Notes: generated by a model not told the origin, from the letters alone. A stretch of DNA of 64,000 nucleotides from Vicinamibacteria bacterium (GCA_963555995.3 OY821641.1:3488001-3552000); one strand, 5' to 3'. Positions 1 through 10,496 are shown, counted from the stretch's first letter. Numbers and translations are program-made.

Positions 1-246
1 ACGTGGAACCTCGGTTCGCCCCCGGTGAGCCTCCGCGAGTTCGCACGAGCGATCTTCCGGGCGCTGGGCGAGGAGCCACGCATCCGGTCCGAGCCTCTCC
101 CGCGGGGTCTTGACGCCATCCGGATCGGCGATTTTCACTCGGACTGGTCGGCCATCCGGCGCGACCTGGGGTGGGCGCCGAGGCGGAGCCTGGAGACCGG
201 TCTCGCCGAGACGGTGCGTGCGGTCCGGGAGGCCCGGGCGGGATGA
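1..246 (+). CDS. NAD-dependent epimerase/dehydratase, C-terminal part (5' end outside window)
   Basis: Typical epimerase C-terminus (..RDLGWAPRRSLETGLAETV); stop overlaps the ATG of the downstream sugar aminotransferase. Confidence 0.7.
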   Translation, partial: TWNLGSPPVSLREFARAIFRALGEEPRIRSEPLPRGLDAIRIGDFHSDWSAIRRDLGWAPRRSLETGLAETVRAVREARAG

Positions 247-1373
247 AGCGGATTCCCTTCCAGGATCTCGCCGCCGCCGATGATCCGGGCCTCCGGGAGG
301 CTCTCGACCGGGTGCTCGCCTCCGGGCGGTTCGTGCTCGGCCCCGAGGTCGAGTCCTTCGAGCGGGCCTTCGCGGAGACCATCGGCGTCGCCCACGCGGT
401 GGGCGTCGCTTCGGGAACCGACGCCCTCACCCTGGCGCTCGGCGCCGCCGGGATCGGACCCGGCGACCGGGTCCTCACCTCCGCCTTCTCGACCGGGTAC
501 ACCGCGCTCGGCATCCAGCACGCCGGGGCCGCGCTCGCCTTCGCCGACGTGGAGCCCGGCAGCCTGTGCCTGGACGCCGACGCGGCCGAACGCGCCCTCG
601 CCGGGGGCGGGATCGCGGCGGTCGTCCCGGTCCATCTCTTCGGGGCCGCCGGCGCCGGCTGGGAGCGGCTGCTCGCGGCGGCCGCCCGGCACGGGGCGCT
701 GGTGATCGAGGACGCCTGCCAGGCGCACGGGGCGCGTTTCGGGAGCCGGGTGCTCGGCTCCTTCGGGAGGGCGGCGGCGTTCAGCTTCTATCCGACGAAG
801 AACCTGGGAGCGCTCGGCGACGCGGGCCTGGTGGCGACGAACGACGCCGAGCTCGCCGACCGGGTCCGGCGGCTGCGGTCCGGCGGCCAGGGGCCGCGCC
901 ACGACCACGCCGAGCCCGGCTGGAACAGCCGGCTCGACGAACTCCAGGCGGCGGTGCTGGCACTGCGGCTACCGCGACTGCGGGCTGCGAACCGGACGCG
1001 CGCCGCGCTGGCCCGCCGTTACCGGGAACGCCTCGCGGGGCTGCCGCTTCGAATCGTGACCCCCGGCCCCGGGGTGGAGGGGGCGTGGCACCTCTTCGTG
1101 GTCCGCACTGGCGAGCGGGAGGCGCTGCGCCGCCATCTCGCCGCCGCCGGGATCGAGACGCTGGTCCACTATCCGGTCGCGCTTACCGAGCAGGACGCCT
1201 TTGCGGCCGCCGCGCGGCCGGAAGGCGGGTGCCCGGAGGCGGAAGCCGCCGCCCGGGAAGTGCTGAGCCTGCCGCTCCATCCCGGCCTCGCGGAACGCGA
1301 GGTCGAACGGGTCGCCGCCGCCGTGCGGGGGTTCTTCGCCGGGAAGCCGGCCGGCGGCGCGGTGTCAGAATAG
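243..1373 (+). CDS. DegT/DnrJ/EryC1/StrS family PLP-dependent aminotransferase
   Basis: Motifs SGTDAL, VHLFG, IEDACQAHGA, FSFYPTKNLGALGDAG, NSRLDELQAA; ATG at 243. Confidence 0.93.
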   Translation: MKRIPFQDLAAADDPGLREALDRVLASGRFVLGPEVESFERAFAETIGVAHAVGVASGTDALTLALGAAGIGPGDRVLTSAFSTGYTALGIQHAGAALAFADVEPGSLCLDADAAERALAGGGIAAVVPVHLFGAAGAGWERLLAAAARHGALVIEDACQAHGARFGSRVLGSFGRAAAFSFYPTKNLGALGDAGLVATNDAELADRVRRLRSGGQGPRHDHAEPGWNSRLDELQAAVLALRLPRLRAANRTRAALARRYRERLAGLPLRIVTPGPGVEGAWHLFVVRTGEREALRRHLAAAGIETLVHYPVALTEQDAFAAAARPEGGCPEAEAAAREVLSLPLHPGLAEREVERVAAAVRGFFAGKPAGGAVSE

Positions 1374-1377
1374 GCCG

Positions 1378-2226
1378 ATGGCGTTCGGCGCGAAACGGGA
1401 GGGCGCGGTCCTCTGCCCGGGGTGCGGACAGCTCGTGGGGGTGAACGACCAGGAGTGCCTCAACTGCGGCCGCCGGAACCCCGGGCTCTTCGGTTTCGCG
1501 GGGATCCTCCGCTTCGATACCGACAGCGTCCTGAAGATCCTGCTCGCGGCCAACATCGGGCTCTTCCTGCTGGCCCTGGTGCTGAGCGTGGGCGCCATCG
1601 AGATGCGCGGGTTCCTCGGGTTCCTGAGCCCGGACGGCCGGATCCTCTACCGGCTCGGCGCGGCCGGCGCCATCCCGGTCTTCGGGGTCGGGAAGTGGTC
1701 CGCGGTCCTGAGCGCCGGCTGGCTGCACGGCGGGCTGCTGCACATCTTCTTCAACATGTACTGGCTCTGGAACCTCTTCCCGGCGGTCGGGGAGATGTTC
1801 GGAACCAGCCGGGCGCTCGTGATCTACCAGGTCTCGGCGGTCACCGGCTTTGCGCTGTCCTCGTTCATGGGAGCGTCCGGCATCGCCATCCCGTTCCTCG
1901 GCGGGGCGCCGGGAATCACGGTCGGGGCCTCGGCGTCGCTCTGCGGCCTGATCGGCGCGCTCCTGTACTTCGGGAGGCGCACGAGTTCGGACTTCGCCCG
2001 GCAGATCTGGCGCTACGTGATCTTCATCGCGATCTTCGGCGCGCTGGTGCCGGGCATTGACAATGCCGCCCATCTCGGCGGCTTCCTGGGCGGCTATTTC
2101 GTGGCGTCGCGCTTTGGAGCCTTCTCGCCCGAGCGGGGCAAGCACGGCCTCTGGGCGCTGGTTCTGCTGGCCGCGAGCGCCCTCGCGATCCTGGCGTCCG
2201 CGGTGGGCGTATCCCCGGTCGGCTGA
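1378..2226 (+). CDS. Rhomboid family intramembrane serine protease with N-terminal Zn-ribbon
   Basis: LHGGLLHIFFNM, catalytic GASA, AAHLGG; N-terminal CPGC..CLNC; several hydrophobic helices. Confidence 0.9.
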   Translation: MAFGAKREGAVLCPGCGQLVGVNDQECLNCGRRNPGLFGFAGILRFDTDSVLKILLAANIGLFLLALVLSVGAIEMRGFLGFLSPDGRILYRLGAAGAIPVFGVGKWSAVLSAGWLHGGLLHIFFNMYWLWNLFPAVGEMFGTSRALVIYQVSAVTGFALSSFMGASGIAIPFLGGAPGITVGASASLCGLIGALLYFGRRTSSDFARQIWRYVIFIAIFGALVPGIDNAAHLGGFLGGYFVASRFGAFSPERGKHGLWALVLLAASALAILASAVGVSPVG

Positions 2227-2259
2227 ACTATCGGCCCCGACAGTTCGTAGGAGAAGACC

Positions 2260-2448
2260 ATGGCCAAACTGGTGCGCCCGTCCCAGGGCCGGATGCTGCT
2301 CGGGGTCTGCGCGGGACTCGCGGACTGGTGGAACATGGACCGGACGCTGCTGCGCGTTCTCTACGTGCTGGTGAGCGTGTGCTCGGCCGCCTTTCCCGGC
2401 ATCCTGTGCTACATCGTCCTCGGGATCCTGATGCCCCCCGAGGAGTGA
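2260..2448 (+). CDS. PspC domain-containing protein
   Basis: GRMLLGVCAGLADWWNMDRTLLRVLYV..YIVLGILMP is the PspC pattern; AGGAG RBS upstream. Confidence 0.88.
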   Translation: MAKLVRPSQGRMLLGVCAGLADWWNMDRTLLRVLYVLVSVCSAAFPGILCYIVLGILMPPEE

Positions 2449-2457
2449 GCGGGGCGT

Positions 2458-2482
2458 GGGAGCGCCGGTCTTCAGACCGGCA
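2458..2482 (+). repeat. REP-like palindrome, type A (GGGAGCGCCGGTCTTCAGACCGGCA)
   Basis: Same sequence as copies at 43151, 43539 and 54254; followed by a CCCGCC-GACA-GGCGGG hairpin also seen in other copies. Confidence 0.85.
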
Positions 2483-2566
2483 CAGCCCGCCGACAGGCGG
2501 GCGGAGGGCGCAGAAGCCGCCTGCCGTGATGGTGTTCTCTTTGGCGCCGTGACCTCGGTTACTGGA

Positions 2567-3391
2567 ATGCGTTCCCGGGTCGCGCAACCGGACATCACCG
2601 GCGCCCCGCTCCAGGTGCGGTCCGCCGGCGAGCTCACTCCCGGGCAGTTCCTTGCACGTTTCCGACTTCCCCCTTCCGAGTCGCGTCGCGAGGGACTCGC
2701 CCGGCTTGCCGGGTGGTCGCGAAACGCCGGGGTCTCGGCGGTGGTCCTCGAGGAAGACGCCAGCGCCCTGATCCCGGATCTCCGCGCGCTCGGGTTCGAC
2801 GACGCGGGACCCCTGCCGCGCTATTCCAGTCCGGTGCGGCCCGGCTGGCTGCGCCGGAGCGTGCCGGCGCTCCTCCTGCCGCGCGCCCGGACGCTCCCGG
2901 ACGTGACGGTGGTTCCCGAAGCGCTGTCGGACCCGGAGGAAGAGAGCCTCCGGGAACGCCTCGCGCCGGATTTCGGCGCGGTTGCCGGGTTTGCGGCCGG
3001 CGTCCCGCTCCCCGCCGCGGGCGTGCACCTGGTGCGCGGCGGCTGGCCGGTCGCGAGCTGCCGGTTCGAGGCGCCGGCTGAGGGCGCGCTCGCGGTGCCG
3101 TACTGGATCGCGCCGCCCGGGGAACCCGACCTGACCGCGCTCCTCGCCGAGAGCGTGCTCGCCGCCGCCGATCCCGCCTCGTCGGTCTGGTTCGAGACAC
3201 CGTACCGGCTGCTGGCCCGGGGGCTCTTCCTGGCCCGTTTCCTCCCGCGCCGCTCCCGGGCGCGGGTACTGGTGCGCCAGCACGGGGACCGGGACCTTCC
3301 GGCGCCTTCCATCGCCGACTGGCACCTGTCCACCACGACAGTGGTGTCAACGGCTCGCGGTGATACTCCCGCGGCATCCAACGGCCGCTGA
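2567..3391 (+). CDS. Hypothetical protein (weak GNAT-like resemblance)
   Basis: Long ORF filling the gap, in the frame with plausible composition; no motif recognised; start uncertain. Confidence 0.5.
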   Translation: MRSRVAQPDITGAPLQVRSAGELTPGQFLARFRLPPSESRREGLARLAGWSRNAGVSAVVLEEDASALIPDLRALGFDDAGPLPRYSSPVRPGWLRRSVPALLLPRARTLPDVTVVPEALSDPEEESLRERLAPDFGAVAGFAAGVPLPAAGVHLVRGGWPVASCRFEAPAEGALAVPYWIAPPGEPDLTALLAESVLAAADPASSVWFETPYRLLARGLFLARFLPRRSRARVLVRQHGDRDLPAPSIADWHLSTTTVVSTARGDTPAASNGR

Positions 3392-3505
3392 ATCCCTCCT
3401 GGTCCCAACGGCGAGAAACCTCATGATCAGGTTGCGTTGTACCGAGAGAAGGACTCCCATTGGGCACGTTAGCGTTGCGCCGTGCGCGGTGCGGAGCACC
3501 GCGCG

Positions 3506-3551
3506 TGCCGGTCTGGAGACCGGCGTTCCAAGCCGGCGGCGCCATCATGGC
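3506..3551 (-). repeat. REP type A variant with conserved flank
   Basis: TGCCGGTCTGGAGACCGGCGTTCCA followed by AGCCGGCGGCGCCATCATGGC, the reverse complement of the flank at 29958 and 43130. Confidence 0.8.
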
Positions 3552-3609
3552 CGGCAAGGCCGTGACCTGGGCGGTGAGTGCTATCATCGTCGGTCCCACG
3601 CCTGCGGAC

Positions 3610-3684
3610 GCCGCTATCGTCTAGGGGTTAGGACGGGTGGTTCTCAGCCATCAAACCGGGGTTCGAATCCCCGTAGCGGTACCA
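3610..3684 (+). tRNA. tRNA-Glu(CTC)
   Basis: Acceptor stem GCCGCTA/TAGCGGT, anticodon loop TT-CTC-AG, GTTCGAATC T-loop, encoded CCA. Confidence 0.95.
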
Positions 3685-3712
3685 GGCGTGGTTTCGTTTT
3701 TCCGGTGATCCG

Positions 3713-4639
3713 GTGACCAGCAGCGAACCCCGGACCCGGTGCGAAGTCGTCCGGGGAACCGGACCCGCGCTCCTCGTGCACGGAGGCGCCTGGGACATTC
3801 CCCCCGAAGAGCGGGAAGCGCATGAGCGCGGGGCGTTCACCGCCGCCCGGCTCGGCCTCGACTCCCTGCGGGGCGGCGCTTCGGCGCTCGACACCGTGGA
3901 GGCGGTGGTCACGCTGCTCGAGGACGACCCGGCGCTGAACGCGGGGACCGGCTCGGTGCTGAACCGCCGGGGCGAAGCGGTGCTCGACGCCGCGATCATG
4001 GACGGGGAAGACCTCCGGGTGGGCGGCGTGGCCGCGGTGCGGACCGTCCGCAACCCCGTCCGCGTCGCCCGCCGGGTGATCGAAGCCACCCGGCAGGTGC
4101 TGCTCGCCGGGCCGGGCGCCGAGGAGTTCGCCCGGGAGCAGGGGTTCGAGGCGATCCGCCCCGAGGAACTCGTGGTGCCCCGCGAGGTGGAGCGGCTCCG
4201 CGAACACCAGGCGCGCCGGCGGGCCGCCGCGCCGCGAGACACCGTCGGCGCGGTCGCCATCGACGGCGAGGGACGGATCGCGGCGGCCGGGTCCACCGGC
4301 GGCACGCTCAACAAGCGTCCGGGACGGGTCGGCGACACCCCGCTTCCCGGCGCCGGCCTCTACGCCGACTCCCGGATCGGCGGGGTGGCCTGCACCGGGT
4401 GGGGGGAGGGGATCGCCCGTCTTTCCATGGCCCGGGCCGTGCTCGCCCGGATGGAAGGCGGCCAGGATCCGGCGGCTGCCGCCCGCGAGCTGCTGGCCGC
4501 CTGCTGGTCGCGCCTCGGCGGCACGGCCGGGATGCTGATCGTCACCCCGGACGCGCGCCTGGTGACCGCCTGGAGCACGCCCCGGATGGCGCGGGGGTGG
4601 GCGCACGGCGGTATGGAAACCCCCGCCGCCGCGGCGTGA
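3713..4639 (+). CDS. iaaA: Isoaspartyl peptidase/L-asparaginase (Ntn hydrolase)
   Basis: VHGGA, LEDDPALNAG, D-TVGAVA autocleavage site, STGG, GRVGDTP, CTGWGE. Confidence 0.92.
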   Translation: MTSSEPRTRCEVVRGTGPALLVHGGAWDIPPEEREAHERGAFTAARLGLDSLRGGASALDTVEAVVTLLEDDPALNAGTGSVLNRRGEAVLDAAIMDGEDLRVGGVAAVRTVRNPVRVARRVIEATRQVLLAGPGAEEFAREQGFEAIRPEELVVPREVERLREHQARRRAAAPRDTVGAVAIDGEGRIAAAGSTGGTLNKRPGRVGDTPLPGAGLYADSRIGGVACTGWGEGIARLSMARAVLARMEGGQDPAAAARELLAACWSRLGGTAGMLIVTPDARLVTAWSTPRMARGWAHGGMETPAAAA

Positions 4640-4695
4640 GGCGCGCCTTCGTCCACCGCCGAAACCTGCTAGATTGCCCGGTTCCCGCGCCGCGA

Positions 4696-4771
4696 GCGCC
4701 CTTAGCTCAGTGGAGAGAGCAACAGGCTACGAACCTGTAGGTCGGGGGTTCGAATCCCTCAGGGCGCGCCA
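4696..4771 (+). tRNA. tRNA-Arg(ACG)
   Basis: Acceptor stem GCGCCCT/AGGGCGC, anticodon arm ACAGG-CT-ACG-AA-CCTGT, GTTCGAATC, encoded CCA. Confidence 0.95.
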
Positions 4772-4796
4772 CGCGGGGGTCACGGGTGCGTTGCCG

Positions 4797-6863
4797 ATGA
4801 TGAACGCCTGCTGCCGGTTTGCGGTTCTCGGGACCGCGGTGCTGGGTTTCCTGATCCCGTTCTCCGGGTGTGGTGCGCCCGCGGGGGAAGCCCCGGTCTC
4901 CGCGGTCCCGGCCGGGACCGTTGACGACTGGCCGGCGATCCGGGACCGGGGCGCGATCCGTTTCGTGCGGCACGGCTTCGGGGAGTTCGAGACGCTCCCC
5001 TCCCAGGGTCTTTCCAAGGAGCGGTATCACTTCCTCGCCGAACGGTTCGCGGCGCGGCACGGGCTGCGCGCCGAATGGGTCGTGGCTCCCAGTGTGGATG
5101 ACCTGTTCGTCACGCTCGAGGAGGGCCGCGCCGACGTGGCGGTCGCCACCCTGACGGTGACGGCGGCGCGGGAGGAGCGGGTGGCGTTCACCGTCCCGCT
5201 CACCATTTCACGGGAATGGGTCGTGGGCCGCAGCGAGGGGGTGTTCGGCGTTCCGGCCGGGACCTCCTACGAGGAGAGCCTGGCCGCCCACTATCCGGAC
5301 GCGCCGCGGGCGCCGGTGGCCGGGGTCTTCGATCCGCTCACCATCCGGTCGCTGATCGAGGACGGCGTGTTCGACGCCACGATCATGGACGAGGCCGCCG
5401 CCCGGGTGATCGTGCGGACGAGCGCCGAGGTGCGGAAGCTCGCCGAGCTTCCCGAGCCGCAGCGGATCGCTTGGGCGGTACGGCTCGGGAACCCGCAACT
5501 GCGCGATGCCCTGGACGGGTTCCTCACGGAACACCACGCCGTTGCCGACGAACCCGTGGAAGTCCGCGACTGGACGGCGATCCGGGCCTCGGGCCAACTC
5601 CGCATGCTGACCCTCAGCTCGCCGGTGACCCATTATCTCTGGCGCGGCGAGCGGCTCGGGTTCGAGTACGAGCTGGTCCGAAGGTTCGCGGACGCCCACG
5701 GGCTGGACCTCGCGGTGATCGTGGTCCGCGACCATGAAGAACTCGTCCGGGGGCTCCTCGAGGGGCGCGGGGACGTGGTGGCGGCGGGCTGGGTCGAGAC
5801 CCCGGCGCGGGCGGAGGCGGGCCTCCTCTTCACCCGCCACTACCTCGAAATCCGGGAGACCTTCGTCACGGGCGGCGAGACCGGCCGCGAGACCGGCGGC
5901 GCCCCGGTCGCCCGGATCGAAGACCTGGCGGGCCGCACCGTCACCGTTCCCCGGGCGACCAGCTACGTCGCCACCCTTGCGCGCCTCGAAGGGGACTTCG
6001 AGGTCGAGGAAACGGACCGCTCGAGCCACACCCTGCTGGAGGACGTGGCGGCGGGGACGGTGGACGTCACCCTGGTGGACAGCCACCGCGCCGAACTGGC
6101 GGCGACGTTCGAACCGGGGCTCACGCTCGGGCTCGCCCTCGATCCCGGGATGCGGCTCGTCTGGGCGGTGGGGCCGGAACGCGTCGCGCTCAAGCGGGAA
6201 CTCGACGCCTTCCTCGACGCCGGCTACCGGGGCCTCGACTTCAACATGCTCTACAACAAGTACTTCGTGAACCGCCGCCGCCAGGCGCGGCAGCGGGAGC
6301 ACCGGGTCACCGGCGGCGAACTCTCGCGGTACGACGAACTGGTCAAGTCGGCTGCGGAGGCCGATGGATTCGACTGGCGGCTGATCGTGTCCCAGATGTA
6401 CCAGGAGAGCGGTTTCGACCCGCAACAGATCAGCTTCGCGGGGGCGCGGGGACTGCTCCAGGTCATGCCCCGTACCGCCGAGGAGCTCGGCGTGGACCCG
6501 GACCGGCTCGCCGAACCGGCCGTCGGCATTGACGCCGGCGTTCGGTATCTCGCCTGGAGCCGGGACCGGTTCCCGGACCTGCCCCCGGGGGAACAGCTCT
6601 GGTTCGCGCTGGCCTCGTACAACGCCGGCTACGGGCACGTCCGCGACGCCCGGCGTCTCGCGCGCCAGCTCGGGCTGGACGGTTCCCGATGGTTCGGCAA
6701 CGTGGAAGTGGCCATGCGCCGGCTCGGGGAGCCGCAGTATGCGAGCGAGGCCGCCTACGGGTACGTCCGGGGGTCCGGGGTGGCGCGCTACGTGAGCGAC
6801 ATCCGCAACCGGTACGGGGCGTACGTGGAGCACTTCCAGTTGCTCGAAACGGCGGACCGCTGA
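4797..6863 (+). CDS. MltF-type lytic murein transglycosylase with two substrate-binding domains
   Basis: Two DWxAIR..G repeats (SBP domains); SLT motifs YQESGF, GLLQVMP, ASYNAG; lipobox-like FSGC. Confidence 0.88.
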   Translation: MMNACCRFAVLGTAVLGFLIPFSGCGAPAGEAPVSAVPAGTVDDWPAIRDRGAIRFVRHGFGEFETLPSQGLSKERYHFLAERFAARHGLRAEWVVAPSVDDLFVTLEEGRADVAVATLTVTAAREERVAFTVPLTISREWVVGRSEGVFGVPAGTSYEESLAAHYPDAPRAPVAGVFDPLTIRSLIEDGVFDATIMDEAAARVIVRTSAEVRKLAELPEPQRIAWAVRLGNPQLRDALDGFLTEHHAVADEPVEVRDWTAIRASGQLRMLTLSSPVTHYLWRGERLGFEYELVRRFADAHGLDLAVIVVRDHEELVRGLLEGRGDVVAAGWVETPARAEAGLLFTRHYLEIRETFVTGGETGRETGGAPVARIEDLAGRTVTVPRATSYVATLARLEGDFEVEETDRSSHTLLEDVAAGTVDVTLVDSHRAELAATFEPGLTLGLALDPGMRLVWAVGPERVALKRELDAFLDAGYRGLDFNMLYNKYFVNRRRQARQREHRVTGGELSRYDELVKSAAEADGFDWRLIVSQMYQESGFDPQQISFAGARGLLQVMPRTAEELGVDPDRLAEPAVGIDAGVRYLAWSRDRFPDLPPGEQLWFALASYNAGYGHVRDARRLARQLGLDGSRWFGNVEVAMRRLGEPQYASEAAYGYVRGSGVARYVSDIRNRYGAYVEHFQLLETADR

Positions 6864-6951
6864 GCGCGGACTCGCCGCGCCGATTTGGCGGGGCGCCGAG
6901 GGCCGTGGGAAGATTGAAGGCCGTTCTTCGGGCTCTTCAACGGAGGTCGCG

Positions 6952-8715
6952 ATGACCCGTCTTTCCACCCGACTGGCAGCCGCAACCACGGGTCTGTGCC
7001 TGTTCCCGGCGCTCGCCGCCGCCCAGAACTGGACCTGCGAGCAGGTGATGGCCCCCATGCGGGACGGCGCCCGGCTCGCCACCGACGTGTACATCCCCCG
7101 CGGCCAGGGTCCGGGGCCGTTCCCGGTGGTGCTCGAACGCACCCCCTACAACAAGGGCGGGTGCGCCCGCGCCTCCGCCGAGTACTTCGCCGCGCGGGGC
7201 TACATCGCCATGGCGCAGGACGAACGCGGCCGCTACGAGTCCGAGGGCGAGTACTACTGGCTCATGGACGAGGGCTGGGGAGAGCGCCAGGACGGCTACG
7301 ACACCATCGAGTGGGCGGCTGCGCACCCGCTGTCGAGCGGCAAGGTGGGAACGCACGGCCTCTCGTTCACCTGCGCGAACCAGCTCCTGACCGCACCCAC
7401 CCAGCCGCCCCACCTCGAGGCGATGTTCTGTTCGCAGTACGCGTCGAACAGCTACCGGGACATCTTCTGGCAGGGCGGGGCGCTCCACATGGTCCTGCCG
7501 ACGTGGCTGCTCACCCAGCGCGAGATGGTGAAGCCGCTCCGCATGAACGTCCCGGGACACCGGGGCTACCTGGGCTCCGGCGAGGCGTGGACCTCCTGGT
7601 ATGACGAACACCGCGAGGTCGGCGACTCGTTCACCGAGAGCATGTTCTCGGACATGTACAACGACCTGGTCGGGAACCCCTACTACAACGACTACTGGCG
7701 CCGACTGGCGGTGGACGAGCAGTACGACAAGTTCGACGTCCCCATCTATCACCTCGGCGGCTGGTACGACCGCCACATCCACGGCACCGTCCAGCACTTC
7801 CAGCGGGTGAACGAGGTCGGCGGCCCCCGCGGCCGGGGAGCGCAGAAGCTCATCGTCGGCCCCTGGATCCACGGCTGGCCGCCGAGGGACGACCGCGTCG
7901 GCGACATGAACTTCCCCGGCTCCAGCCTGGACCACTTGGCGCTCCGCCTCCGCTGGTTCGACCACCACCTGAAGGGCCACGACAACGGCATCATGGATGA
8001 GCCCCCGGTGCTCATCTACGTCATGGGGGACAACGTCTGGCGCGAGGAGCACGAGTTTCCGCTCGCCCGCCAGCAGGAGGAGGACTGGTACCTCCGCGCC
8101 GGCCCCGCCGGCAGCGGCGACTCGCTGAACGACGGCCTCCTTTCCCGCGAACCGCCCGGCGACGAGCCCCCGGATTCCTACGAGTACGACCCCCGGAAGC
8201 CCGCGCCGACCATCGGCGGCGACCTCTTCGTCGAGCCGCGCGGCGCGCAGGACCACCGGCCCGCCGACCGGGTGAGCCTCACCTACACCTCGGAGCCGCT
8301 CGACGCGCCGCTCGAGGTGACGGGCATCGTGCGCGTCGAGTTCTTCGCCGCCTCTTCGGCGGTGGACACCGACTGGGTGGTCACCATGAACGCGGTCCAC
8401 GAGTCCGGCTACTCGCAACTGCTCCGCCAGATGATCCAGCGCGCCCGCTACCGGGAGGGAGACGAGGCGCCCCTGCTGCTCACGCCGGGCGAGATCGTTC
8501 CCTACACGATCGAGCTCTACCCGATGTCCAACGTCTTCCTGCCGGGTCAGCGCATCCGGCTGACGGTCACCAGCTCCAGCTTCCCGAAGTGGTACCCGAA
8601 CGGGAACACGGGCCGGGAGATGATGGAGGACCGTCCCGGCGTCGTGGCCACGAACACGATCTACCACGACGCCGAGCACCCCTCGAAGGTGGTGCTTCCG
8701 GTGATTCCCCGATGA
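6952..8715 (+). CDS. CocE/NonD family hydrolase (secreted)
   Basis: PMRDGARLATDVYIP, RTPY, QDERGRYESEG, G-x-S nucleophile elbow (GLSF), IVGPWIH; signal peptide. Confidence 0.92.
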   Translation: MTRLSTRLAAATTGLCLFPALAAAQNWTCEQVMAPMRDGARLATDVYIPRGQGPGPFPVVLERTPYNKGGCARASAEYFAARGYIAMAQDERGRYESEGEYYWLMDEGWGERQDGYDTIEWAAAHPLSSGKVGTHGLSFTCANQLLTAPTQPPHLEAMFCSQYASNSYRDIFWQGGALHMVLPTWLLTQREMVKPLRMNVPGHRGYLGSGEAWTSWYDEHREVGDSFTESMFSDMYNDLVGNPYYNDYWRRLAVDEQYDKFDVPIYHLGGWYDRHIHGTVQHFQRVNEVGGPRGRGAQKLIVGPWIHGWPPRDDRVGDMNFPGSSLDHLALRLRWFDHHLKGHDNGIMDEPPVLIYVMGDNVWREEHEFPLARQQEEDWYLRAGPAGSGDSLNDGLLSREPPGDEPPDSYEYDPRKPAPTIGGDLFVEPRGAQDHRPADRVSLTYTSEPLDAPLEVTGIVRVEFFAASSAVDTDWVVTMNAVHESGYSQLLRQMIQRARYREGDEAPLLLTPGEIVPYTIELYPMSNVFLPGQRIRLTVTSSSFPKWYPNGNTGREMMEDRPGVVATNTIYHDAEHPSKVVLPVIPR

Positions 8716-8762
8716 ACCCCCGGATGAATCCGGAGATGATCGCGACAAGGAGATCCCGCCCC

Positions 8763-10264
8763 ATGTCTTCACGCCTTCCGCGCCGCCGCGGCGCGCTGCT
8801 CCTCGCGCTGCTGCTCCCGGCGGCGCTCGCTGCCCAGGACCGCGATCTGGACCTCGTCATCACCGGCGGCCGCGTCATGGACCCCGAGACGGGGCTGGAC
8901 GCCGTCCGCGACGTCGGAGTGGTGCGGAACGAGATCGTGGCCATCTCCCGCGAGGTGCTCCAGAACCGGCTGAAGCAGGGCGGGGTGCTCCTCGACGCCT
9001 CCGGGAAGGTGGTGAGCCCGGGGTTCATTGATCTCCACGCGCACGGGCAATCCACCGAGGCGAACAAGTACCAGGCGATGGACGGCGTGACGACCGCGCT
9101 GGAGCTGGAGGGCGGCGTCCCCGCATCGCGCGCTTCATCGAGAGCCGGTCCGGCAGCGCGATCATCCACTACGGCGCCTCGGTGTCCCACGGCGGACTGC
9201 GCCTGCTCGGAATCCCGGGGGTCAGCGAGGTCGCGGAAGGGGTGCTGGACGCCGAGAGCACCGGCGCCGAGCTGGTCATCGAACACGCGAACCTCCTCCG
9301 CGAAGCCAACTACGCGGGCGTGGAGGACACCGAGACCGTCCACGAGGCGATCGCCGCGGAGATGCGCGCCGGTGGGCTCGGGATCGGGCTGCCGCACCAG
9401 TACTACCCGGGTGCCGATCACACCGAGATATTCCGGATCTTCGAACTCGCGGCGGAGCTGGATGTGCCCATCTACTGCCACGTGCGCGACATGGCCATCT
9501 CGGCCGTCCAGGAGGTGGTCTCGAACGCGACCGCCACCGGCGCGTCGCTCCACATCGTGCACCTGAACAGCTCCAGCCTCCACCACCTGCCGGTCACCCT
9601 CGCCCTGATCAAGGGCGCCCGCGACGCCGGGGTGGACGTGACGACCGAGGCCTATCCCTACACCGCGGCTTCCACGGGGATCTCCTCGGCCATCTTCGAC
9701 GAGGGCTGGCAGGAGAAGCTCGGGATGACCTACGGGGACATCCAGTGGCAGGACACCGGCGAGCGGCTCACCGAGGAGACCTTCAACTTCTTCCAGCAGG
9801 AGGGGGGCACGGTGATCATGCACATGATGGATCCCGAGATGATCGAGCTGGCGATCACCACCCCGTTCGTGATGGTGGCCTCGGACGGGATGCCCTACGC
9901 GCCGGGCGCGCACCCCCGCTCGGCGGGCACCTTCTCCCGGGTGCTCGGCCGCTACGTCCGCGACCAGGGCGTGATGACGCTCAACGAGGCGCTCCGGAAG
10001 ATCACCCTCATGCCCGCCGAACGGCTGCAGGAGGTCGCGCCCCTGATGCGGCGGAAGGGACGCATCCAGATCGGCGCCATCGCCGACATCACCGTGTTCG
10101 ATCCGGACACCATCATGGACACCGCGACCTTCGAGGAGGATCTGAGCTTCTCCGAGGGGGTCGCCCACGTGGTGGTGGACGGCGTCCCCGTGGTCCGGGA
10201 CGGCGCGCTCCTCGACGGCGTCTTCCCCGGCAAGCCCCTCCTCAGCCGCTACACGTCGGAGTAG
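8763..10264 (+). pseudogene. D-aminoacylase/amidohydrolase family protein, frameshifted near 9122
   Basis: N-half (LVITGGRVMDP, PGFIDLHAH) and C-half (ASDG, HPRSAGTF, GRIQIGAIADITVFD) lie in different frames; one base is missing after ..GGVP. Confidence 0.85.
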
Positions 10265-10305
10265 TTGCGGAACCGCAATGCCGGGAGCGCCAACCAGTGC
10301 CGGCT

Positions 10306-10496
10306 GGGAGCGCCAGTCTTCAGACTGGCATCGCCCGCGTAGCGGGCGAAACTCCCGGTGTCAGGTTGCCGTATGACGCTGCGCCAATCTGTGTGGCGTT
10401 GCGCCATACGGCGTGTCGTTCCGCCATGTGGCGAATCGGCGATGGGAGTTTCGCTCCCCGTTGGGGAGCGATGCCGGTCTGAAGACCGGCGCTCCC
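10306..10496. repeat. Inverted REP pair (REPIN-like), type A
   Basis: GGGAGCGCCAGTCTTCAGACTGGCA at 10306-10330 and inverted copy at 10472-10496. Confidence 0.85.

Noticed and set aside
3610-4771. tRNA genes as integration sites, or tRNA-Glu as part of the heme locus
   Set aside because: No integrase or duplicated tRNA 3' end was noticed; tRNA-Glu lies 28 kb from hemA.
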